From Adineta vaga (taxonomy: Eukaryota; Animalia; Rotifera): a DNA stretch of 64,000 nt. Position 1 is the first letter of the stretch. Each line of letters opens with the position of its first letter. Under the pieces are notes generated by a model. That model had not been told where the DNA came from. It saw nothing but the letters and a program-made list of their open reading frames with translations, and made no database searches. The stretch is taken from NCBI GenBank assembly GCA_021613535.1, contig CP075493.1:10974001-11038000 (forward strand), in the 5' to 3' direction. This document shows, one piece after another, positions 25,358 through 35,023 of the stretch. Position numbers and translations under genes: made by a program.

Positions 25358-26591
25358 TGTAAATCAAAATAGAATGAAAATATTTATGCAAGATAAAGAA
25401 GCAAAAAAGAATGTTTATTATATACAATAGAAGAGAACAATGAGATTTGATACCTGACTCGAATATTAATTTGTATGAAAGTGATTTACAAAGATTATCA
25501 AAAGAGCTAGATAATAATCTAAAAATAAACAGACACTTTTCTTGAGCAAAGTTATTGTTCTTCATTATATATATTTTTAATAGAATCCATCGTTATAAAA
25601 TGTAAATTTCATTTCAAACGATCATATCTCTTCTCTTGACCTTCTTTTCTGCACAGACGAAGATCATATTGTATATTTTCCGATAAGAGAAAGTTACTTT
25701 TCCTCAACGATAATATTTTTTGATCAAACTAAACAAGCAGGTTTTATACTAAGTTTAATCACATTGATTCACAGTTCATTTGGATGTATAATATCATTGA
25801 TGGTCATGTTTAATATTTTGATCTATAATTGATATTATAATGATACGAAATCACAATATTTCTCTCAACAAATATTTATTTCTTACTTTGTCTTTATTCA
25901 ACAATCGTCATGTCAATGGATACTCAAATATTTGCAGTTAAACAACATCAAGATTGAGATCTTCTTGTGTATATTATAACAGGTATTGCACATCCTTTGA
26001 TGACTCGAATAGCATGGCTACCTGTTGAAATGTTCACGGTAGGTTTAAGTGTCGCATTAATTTCTTCTATTCTACAAGTTAAAAGTATTATTTGGAAATT
26101 TTCGAACTAAATCAAATTCTACCCAATAATAATTCATTACCTGAAGGAATTCAAATGAAAAATCATGTGAATATTGAATAATAGATTGATGATTTATTGA
26201 GAGAGATTTCATTATTTGACATATATTCAGTTGATATTGACTGTTGTCTGTGAAAGTATATTCATCTATTTTACAAATATGTTTGAAAAATAATACTGCT
26301 CAAATCTTATTAATAATATATGTTTATGAAATTTTTCTCCTATAAAAAACCTTCTCTTTAAACATTATATGTTAAAGTAAAAAATGTATGATAAGGAAAT
26401 AATAAAACACAATGATCATAGTATAAATTATTTTCTCTTTCTTCGTAGGTATGTCACATGTTTTGCTATTGAAACAAAATCATACGTATATTTAAATATG
26501 AATGACGTATAATATCGATCACAACGAAAAAGAAAGAAATGTCGAAATCTGGAAGGATTTTTGAGTATGTTTTCAAACAATAAAACTATGC

Positions 26592-26615
26592 ATGACTTAG
26601 TAGATCCGACTTTTG
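26592..26615 (+). promoter_or_regulatory. Conserved upstream motif of Cys-rich paralogue 1
   Basis: ATGACTTAGTAGATCCGACTTTTG, 22/24 identical to 28795-28818. Both copies start 391 bp before their ATG. Confidence 0.5.
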
Positions 26616-26982
26616 CTTTGACATAAAATTGTCATGTTTCACACAAATCAAAACACAATCATCATCATATTTAATAGAAACTCAAAGTATAATTATGCAC
26701 TCGGAAGAAGTTGTCTCACACTGATTTATCAAAAAACAGATACCTGATAAGAAAAAAAATATCAAATGATCATATCTTTATTGAATACAATCGACATATA
26801 TAAACGTCGAATATAAGGATGATGTATTGGATTTCATTTCGTCTCCATTGCCGATAGCAACAACAAACATCGAAAAAGTTAACTTTCAACTATAGATTAT
26901 ATCCTTTTACTGATTTGATATTTTATTTTCATTATTATTATTATTGAATTTTAAAAAGGATCTATTTGACGTTCACGTTACA

Positions 26983-27723
26983 ATGTTGATTGCTGCTTTA
27001 ATTCTTTTAGTTTTCTTCTTTAATCTACCTAGTACTTCAGCTGCGATTATTTGTAAATCTCCTTTAAAAATCTGTAATAATGTCTGCTATCATCCAAGCG
27101 TCCATCAATGTAGCAATGGTGTAGTCTGCAATACCAATCACAAAATATGCAATGGTCGGTGTTATGCACCTTATACAGAAAAATGCATTGACGGTCTCGT
27201 TTGTTTAAACGATCAAAAATTATGCGGTAATATGTGCTATAGACCTGCCGTACAAGAATGTATCAATGACGTAATCTGTGCTTCTAATCAGAAATGATGT
27301 AGCGGTCAGTGTTATACACCAAGTGTTCAACAATGTACTACTGGTGTTTCAATTTGTGAAAACAATGGAATACTTTGTGGTGGCAAATGCTATACACCAA
27401 GTACACAACGATGTATTAACGGTGTACTTTGTGCTTCTAATCAACTATTATGTAATGGTAAATGCTATACACCAGGTACGCAACAATGTGGTACTTCCAT
27501 TTGTGGCAGTGCTGAAATTCCGTGTGGAAACAAGTGTTATAAAACAGGCATACAACTGTGTTTCGACGGTGTAATTTGTGCTTATAATCAATTATCATGC
27601 AATGATAAATGTTTTACGCCAGGCACACAAAAATGCTTCAATGATGTAATTTGTGCTTATAATCAACAATTATGCAACGGTCAATGCTTCTCACCAGGCA
27701 TACAAAAATGTTTCAGTGGCTGA
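26983..27723 (+). pseudogene. Secreted Cys-rich protein with about 9 25-aa repeats (CBM52/Carb_bind-like); in-frame TGA at 27295-27297
   Basis: Signal peptide followed by the unit ICxxNQxLCNGxCYxPxxQxCxxGV. The same frame stays open for 141 codons of perfect repeats after the TGA. Confidence 0.8.
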
Positions 27724-28794
27724 ACATGATACGACTTTTGCAGTTGATGACTTTACATATATTGAGATAAAAACTATCTTTCTTTTGTTTTGTTTTCTTT
27801 CTATACTTCTGTATTCTAAATAAAAGTTGAAGTCCATTATTTAATGATACGGATTAGATATGAATACAGTCATTGCATTCGTTCCGTCTCATAATTCCAA
27901 ACTCCAAGTCACGTATACTCGGATGTTTGGGAAAAATAGTACGAAAGGTAATTTACTTGAAATCTTTATTCTTTTATGTAATAGTTGTTTAGAAATTGTA
28001 ACTGAGCTTCTCTTGAAAGATATTATATCAAATTTCACAATATAGTCGTCAAAGAAAATGAGAAGAAATGAATGTAAAAATGCATACAATGTCTTCATTG
28101 GATACTTGCGCGCAGTTTTTCATTGTCAGCAATTAATTACTTCTCTCGTATAGGATGTGAAATATATATGATGTTAGGAAATGTCAAACATCTGCCAGGT
28201 AAATAGTTATATTTTCAAAATCAATCTGTAATTTTTGAAATTATTCGAATTGTAAATACAGTTGTTTAACAATGTGACAGGAGAAACAGACGAGTCTTTA
28301 GAATCGCATCCTATATGCGTACTATCACTTGCGCTGTAAGAATAAATTGAAAATATTCTCCTTTGATGTATACTTTATGAAGCGAAAAACATGTATAATT
28401 AGTTACATGTACAGATAAATATTATGCGTATTCATATACGGTTTTATTTGTTCTTTCATTTTCGACGCGAATTATAGTATGACTATAGTTTTTTCTTTCT
28501 CCAAATGGCTGTTACATGTTTTGACGGACGGTAAAATATGATATCGATAAAGATAAAGTAAAAGGAGAAAAAATACTACCATTTTCTGAATGATTCGACT
28601 TCACGTCTTATGCTTGGCTCTGATGTATATTTTTCGCTATTCTAACAAGATGACTTTCTGCATTAATGCTCTAATTATACTATGAAAATAATACTATCGC
28701 GCAACAAAGTTAATTATTTTGAATATTGTTCAACTATTGCTAAGTTCGTATTGATCCTTAAGTAAAAACCTCAGCACAAACTATATCGACGTGT

Positions 28795-28818
28795 ATGACT
28801 CAGTATATCCGACTTTTG
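28795..28818 (+). promoter_or_regulatory. Conserved upstream motif of Cys-rich paralogue 2, containing TGACTCA (AP-1 consensus)
   Basis: ATGACTCAGTATATCCGACTTTTG, 391 bp before the ATG at 29186. Confidence 0.5.
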
Positions 28819-29185
28819 TTATTAATTTAAAAAAACTTAATTGTACGAATGTGGTAATTAGCACATGATAATAAACTCGGAACAAGCTATCATAAGAAAT
28901 CTTCGAAAAGAACGCAGATAGATAGTAAGAGAACGCAAGAAAGAAAAAAATTAGACGCATGTACCTGCAACGACCTATAGGCTCGATATATGACTTTGTA
29001 TACGAAAGCAATACGTTTCATTTATTTTCGATAGGTGCGACTATTGGTAAACACTGAATTAATTTTAGTTTAAAATAATCATCGTTTATTTCTTATTCTG
29101 CATAGAGTAAGTATGACGTTTCTATGATAATATATTTTCTATTTATATTCAGTTTTAAAAAGAATTGTCGAACAAGTCTCATACA

Positions 29186-29548
29186 ATGTTGATCGCTTTG
29201 ATTTTTGTATTCTTCTTCATTCATCTACCTATTAGCTCAGCAGCAGCTATATGTACATATGATCAGCAACTATGTGGTAGCATTTGTTATAAATCCAGTA
29301 CACAACAATGTCTTCATGATATAATCTGCGCTTACAATCAGAAGCTATGCAATGATCGGTGCTATTTACCTGGTGTACAACAATGTTTTGGTCATATTAT
29401 TTGCGCATACGATCAAAAACTGTGCGGCAGTTCTTGCTATAAACCAGGAATACAACAATGTCGTAATAATATAATTATTAATTATAATCAGAATATACGC
29501 ATTGGTTGATGTTATATGGCAGGCACACAAAAATGTTTGAGTGACTAA
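29186..29548 (+). CDS. Secreted Cys-rich repeat protein, paralogue of 26983-27723; TGA at 29507-29509 cuts the last repeat
   Basis: Similar signal peptide and three intact repeats. After the TGA the frame reads CYMAGTQKCLSD*, matching the paralogue's end CFSPGIQKCFSG*. Confidence 0.8.
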
Positions 29549-29843
29549 ATCGTCAATTCTATTTATAAACTGATGACTATATAAATCTACTAACAAACGA
29601 TTTGAGTTTCAAATAGAAGACAAAATTTGATATAGAGAAATCGATATCACCAAGGTTGTAGATGCAATCATTGTATTTGTTTCATATTCTCATCCTCACT
29701 GACCTTTCATTATATTTTATAGGAAACAGAAAGAATAGTTGCATTTGATGTTGAAACTGATCTTTGTTTTTTTTGAAAATTAGTAATCAAGAAAAATGAT
29801 CATTTTAATACTATAACTATTGTAGATGTAGCCTTGGTTTTTT

Positions 29844-31178
29844 TTAGATAGGAACATCTTCGATATCTATCCAGCAACGTTTTTGCCATGATTCTAAACC
29901 CTTTTCGGCCAATTGAACACCTTTGGCTGCAGCACGCAAATCCCAAGGAAATGGTTCATCTTTCACTACATGACGTAAAAATAATATCCATTGTATCTTA
30001 AATGCATTATCATAGACTTGATCGCCATCGTCCACAGCTGTCCATCCGTCTTGGAAATTAATAGAGCTATTCACATCGGGATTCCATACTGGACGTGGTG
30101 TAGCATTATAAGATTGTTTATAACAGTTGCGCAGTCCAGCCACTGCAGAACCATGAGTGCCATCAACCCAAAGAGTTAGTAGATCATCGCGTCTAACTCG
30201 AACACACCATGATGAGTTGAAATGTGCAATTATATTATCAGCTAATTGAAAAGTAGTATATGCTGCATCATCTGCTGTACATGTATAAGGTTGACCATGT
30301 TCATCCCAACGCTGTTTCATATGTGTCGCACCTAAACATGAAACAGCTTGAACTTCACCGAACAGATTATCTAGTATATAACGCCAATGACACAACATAT
30401 CAAGAATAATACCACCACCATCTTCTTTGCGATAATTCCATGAAGGACGTTGAGGTACGTTTTCATCTTCTCCAGTAAATACCCAGTAGCCAAATTCGCC
30501 ACGTACGGAAAGAATACGACCAAAAAAGTTCTTATCTTTCAATAATTTCAATTTCTGAAGTCCAGGTAACCACAATTTATCTTGAACAACACCATGTTTA
30601 ATTCCTGCTTCTTTGGCTAATTTATAAAGTTCATGAGCATCTTCAAATGTTTCTGCTACAGGTTTTTCACAATAGACATGCTTGCCGACTGCAATCGCTT
30701 TCTTCACTGCTGAAATACGTAATTTTGTTAATTGAGCATCAAAATAAATTATATTTTCTGGATTCATCAATGCTTCGTCTAAGTCAGTGGTCCATTGTTC
30801 TACACCTGTCTGAGTAGCCAGTTTCTCTAATTTAGCTTTATCACGACCAACTAAAACAGGAATTGGCATAATAATTTCCTGTTCATTGATTTTTATACCA
30901 CCTTCTGCAATAATTGCCATAATTGACCGAATTAAATGTTGATTTGTACCCATACGACCAGTTACACCGTTCATGATAATACCAATCTTATGAGTTTTCA
31001 TATTAGTAGATTCATTCAATTGTGCATTGTTAACATTTGCAGCTCTTTCAATATTGTCCTTGTTCAGATTGTGAGATGATAAATCAACTATAAGAAAGAA
31101 GTACATATTTTTTTTTCGAAGTAGAACATGACAAAATCTTTTTATTGATCGCCGATACTCACGTATATCTTCTGACAT
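29844..31178 (-). CDS. Gfo/Idh/MocA family NAD(P)-dependent oxidoreductase, bacterial-like
   Basis: IGIIMNGVTGRMG, HVYCEKP, QRPSWNYR and GGIILDMLCHW motifs. The core from M at 31001 is intronless. Probable intron 31162-31088 (GTGAGT..TTATAG) in the N-terminal extension. Confidence 0.92.
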   Translation of the reverse strand: MSEDIREYRRSIKRFCHVLLRKKNMYFFLIVDLSSHNLNKDNIERAANVNNAQLNESTNMKTHKIGIIMNGVTGRMGTNQHLIRSIMAIIAEGGIKINEQEIIMPIPVLVGRDKAKLEKLATQTGVEQWTTDLDEALMNPENIIYFDAQLTKLRISAVKKAIAVGKHVYCEKPVAETFEDAHELYKLAKEAGIKHGVVQDKLWLPGLQKLKLLKDKNFFGRILSVRGEFGYWVFTGEDENVPQRPSWNYRKEDGGGIILDMLCHWRYILDNLFGEVQAVSCLGATHMKQRWDEHGQPYTCTADDAAYTTFQLADNIIAHFNSSWCVRVRRDDLLTLWVDGTHGSAVAGLRNCYKQSYNATPRPVWNPDVNSSINFQDGWTAVDDGDQVYDNAFKIQWILFLRHVVKDEPFPWDLRAAAKGVQLAEKGLESWQKRCWIDIEDVPI

Positions 31179-31647
31179 TGAAAATTTTGAGTTTCAATTA
31201 CGCCTTTAGTTGAATTTTTGTGAAGAACGTGTGATAAGAAAAGAGCAACGCATATGAATCTTTTTCTTACATATGCAAATAGTATACTCAATAGAAGTGA
31301 AACAGAGAAAAGAAAACTAAGTGTATACTGACAGATGATTTTAAGACTACAGGACAGCCATTAGAGAGGATAGAATTAACTGGCAGATGAGTGTGATACG
31401 ATTCTTAGACAAGTAAAATAATAAAAATTACAATTTTCTACCGTTCTGACAAAGCCATCTTTAAATAATTACAAAATGGCGAGTTCGATTACACAAGAAT
31501 TGCGCAACTGAAAAGTAACGTGTTGTTTTTTTCGCTGTATGTTGATAAAACATACCTGACTGCACGTTGACATGTGTATTTAAATTTATAAAACTATCGA
31601 ATAAATATCAAAAAGTTCTCTAAAAGACGAACAAATCAGTCGAATTA

Positions 31648-32293
31648 ATGGCAAAAAATAGAAACGGTCCAGTAGAAGATTTGGAAGAAGGTCAAAGTGA
31701 AGAGTGAGTCATAGAACATTTTCAGTGGCAACTAATTCTTTTTCTTCTTTGCTATTGATTTTTATAGCACAAATGATGATTTGAATCAAGGAATGACATT
31801 GGACGAGTACAAAATTCAACGTGATGCCAAAAAGAAAGCATTTTCTATGAAATTATCAAAACTTAACGTCAGACAGGCCGGCGAAGGTGAAGATGCTCAA
31901 CGTTACAAAACATATGAATGGATCTATCGAAAGACCAATAATGAAAATAAAAAATGGCAACATATCACTGATTATACTGAAGAAGAAAATACTAAAAAAT
32001 TGGTATCGATCTTGTCGACTATTGAAAAACATGAGTCTAATACTGACGATAACAATCAAGACGAAATGTCCAACGATGATGAAAATTTACAACAAGGTAA
32101 GGATCTATGATCTATTTGTTTGATCATAACTTCTATCTTCATAGAACCAACAGGCATGACATCAATTCAACAGGAACAACCATCAATATCAGTACAAACA
32201 ACTACTGAATCAAAACAGACATTACCTCAACATCCATATTTACAAACACAGTTTTCTGATGATTACAATGCTCAGATTAATATCTACTTCTAG
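31648..32293 (+). CDS. Short HABP4/SERBP1 (Vig/Stm1)-like protein
   Basis: Three exons. MTLDEYK...LNVRQAGEG resembles the SERBP1-family motif EMTLDEWK...FNIRKPNEG. Ends QINIYF. Confidence 0.65.
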
Positions 32294-32516
32294 TTAATCT
32301 TCGATATAAAATGCTATGGATGACCAGCATTTCTTAGCTGCAAAGTATCACATTCTATCGACTCATTTCTTTGTTCTACATTTCTAAATGTTCGAAGAGA
32401 AAATTGATTATTCTTATTAAAAACTATAAATTCATTTGAGTATATATTTCAAAAATAAAAAGATTTATGTGAAGTAAAATGTCAATAGTTTTAATACAGA
32501 TATTTATTTTTTAAAT

Positions 32517-34130
32517 TTAACGCTTACGAACTATATCCACCGATTTAATAACTGTTGTTGTTGATGAATCAATAAAATTTAAAATAGCATGTGAAGAATC
32601 TTGAATTAAAAGTTGATGAAATCCATAACCATTACATATCCAGGCTTGTCGCTCTGTATCATTCGTTTTAATTTTTTCAGTACTCGTAGGTGCAGCACCT
32701 GCTCCATCGGTAACATGAATCAGACCATCGCCTGAGGTGAAGTTTCTTGTCACGATATTCCCAGACGCATCCAATGGATAAAGAAGTTCCATCCAATGCA
32801 AATGACCAGCAAAATAAAAGTCAACTTTATACTGACTGAGAAGAGGCATAAAAGCAAGTTCACATGAACGGCAATTATCCGATGGCGGTATTATTGCATG
32901 GCCGACTAGCAAACAGAAATAAAGCAATTGTAAAATATTAGTGTAACGCTTTTAATCTGTTTTCTTCACATGAGTTTTAGTTACTCTGTCATTCTCATGC
33001 TTTCAGTTATTTTACATTCATTCGACAATTAATTCGTAGAACAGAAAACGAAGAAAGATCGAAATCATACCTATTTGTACAGCAGGAACGACAGTACTGC
33101 CGTAAAATGGTCGATGACCAGTTGCGACGATCCATGGAACTTTGGCACGTTGAGCTGGATCAGTCGCTTTTTGAAGATCAGCTTGCAACCATGTCACCTG
33201 AGCAGATTTACCAACAAAATGGCCAGCATTGAGTGTTGTATCTGGTCCCGTTGGTGCATCGACAAAATCTGTTTCTGTATTTAACATGATTACGTGAATT
33301 GGACCATAATCAAATGAATACCACATGTTTTTATAACCTCCACTAAGATCACCAGACATACAGAATCGATTTTGATATGCCGTAAAATTTCGTAGAAAAC
33401 TGGGACATATCGCATCACTATATTGGAAACATGTTGCTTCATGATTTCCAGGGCCCACTTGATAGGGTACATTCGCTGATATTGGCTGTAAATTATCCTG
33501 AAATGTATTCCATGTATCTTCATAAGGCTTAAAATCAACAAGAAATCCATATAAGTCCGCATAAGCTTAGCACCAGTATGAATAAAAATATTGGAATAGT
33601 TAGCGAAATTGTTGCATAGCAAGAAGAGTTTTTCTTGCTTGATTCTGATTGAAGTCATTATCTAAGCTTAAATCACCGACAAATGAAAGATTCACCGGAT
33701 ATTCTGTCGTGATACCAGGAGTAGGTGCTGTCATAAATGAATAAATATTGGATTCATCAACGAAGTTAGATGAGGCCTTTATACGATAATAGTATTTAGT
33801 CGATGGTTGGAGATTATCAAGATATACATTATGAAAGAACTTTTTTATTATATAGTATGAAGTGGTGAAACCAGTAGTTGATGTCATGGTAAGTGCATTT
33901 TGATCTGTACCGTAAACTATCTGAGGTGAAGGTGTATCATCAATATCTGCAAAACCATCTGTTGTCCATGATACAGTCACTCCGGTTGGTCGTAGAGCAA
34001 GGCGAATATGTGTTGATCTATTTTTCTTTGGAATAAATGAACATAAAGATAATCCCTCGACATAAATCGAAAATGTCGTCAACAAAACGAAAGTTATTGA
34101 AACGATGTTGTATACTAAATGTTTAACCAT
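32517..34130 (-). pseudogene. Secreted purple acid phosphatase (FN3-like N domain plus metallophosphoesterase) with two compensating frameshifts
   Basis: Signal peptide; FVGDL, GNHE, GHRP and GHLH motifs. The segment 33565-33610 is out of frame (two TAA) and the GDxxY motif is damaged. Intron about 33071-32907. Confidence 0.85.
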
Positions 34131-35023
34131 TGCGATTCGAATTAATATTTGTCGTTATAATCTTCATCTTATTTTATAGCAATAATAACGCAAATTATGA
34201 CGTCAATTGCATGCTAAAAATAGACCAATACATTGCTTCTTTTTAACAAACAATATAGAAAACGAACATTCTTCAGTGGATAATTATAACCTATGATACG
34301 ATAAAATGTGTAGACCATTCTTTATTTCATATGTATGTGATTGAGTATCATCATAAAACGTACACAAAAAATTTCATACTGTATCATTCGAAGTAATGAC
34401 ATGTGCATAAAACAAGAGGAGTAATCTGTATCTACTTATTATAAAGATTATCCTATCCGATGATAATATTAAATTTTGAGCATAAATCAATACACAGGTA
34501 ACGAAAAGAAAGACAAAGATATGTCTATTTTTTGCTTATTTTTCAGTCGTGCGACGTGTATTATGTTAACGAGCCAGTACGCAATATCTTTTATTTTTAT
34601 TTCTATCATAGTATCGAACAAATATATGTAGTATTAAGAATTCAAACAAAAAGAAATTGATACATTGACATATTTCATTACTAGAACACGGATATATTGC
34701 TAAGTTTACATTTATTCTTTCTCGTATCAATCGAACAAAATCAAAGAATTTCTTTTTTCTTTTTTTTTCAGCTGTCAATGTTTGTTGTGTACAAGAGAAA
34801 ACATAAGATAACTCATACGAGTACATACACTTCTTAGATAAGAAATGGACTGATAGCAAGAGAGAAATGAAAATTTCATACGTTCAGCACTCATACAAAC
34901 ATTTTGAATTGTTATCTTTTGGTGAATGTTTGTCTACATATCAGTAGAAGGCATGTTTCATTATTGTTGAATAGTTTGTATTGATGTTTTAATTTGCGAA
35001 TGATATCGAATATAGAATCAAAT

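Noticed and set aside
25745-26110. Possible membrane-protein remnant (DLLVYIITGIAHPL..LSVALISSILQ)
   Set aside because: Short, stop-interrupted and not assignable to any family.
27295-27297. Selenocysteine call for the in-frame TGA
   Set aside because: It aligns with Leu/Ile in sibling repeats rather than Cys, and no SECIS was recognised. Kept only as a hypothesis.
26983-27723. CRISPR-like array from the 75-bp periodicity
   Set aside because: The repeats are coding and degenerate at third positions, with no constant repeat plus unique spacer.
29844-31001. Bacterial contamination
   Set aside because: AT-rich codon usage like its neighbours, a spliced leader, and continuity with intron-containing genes.
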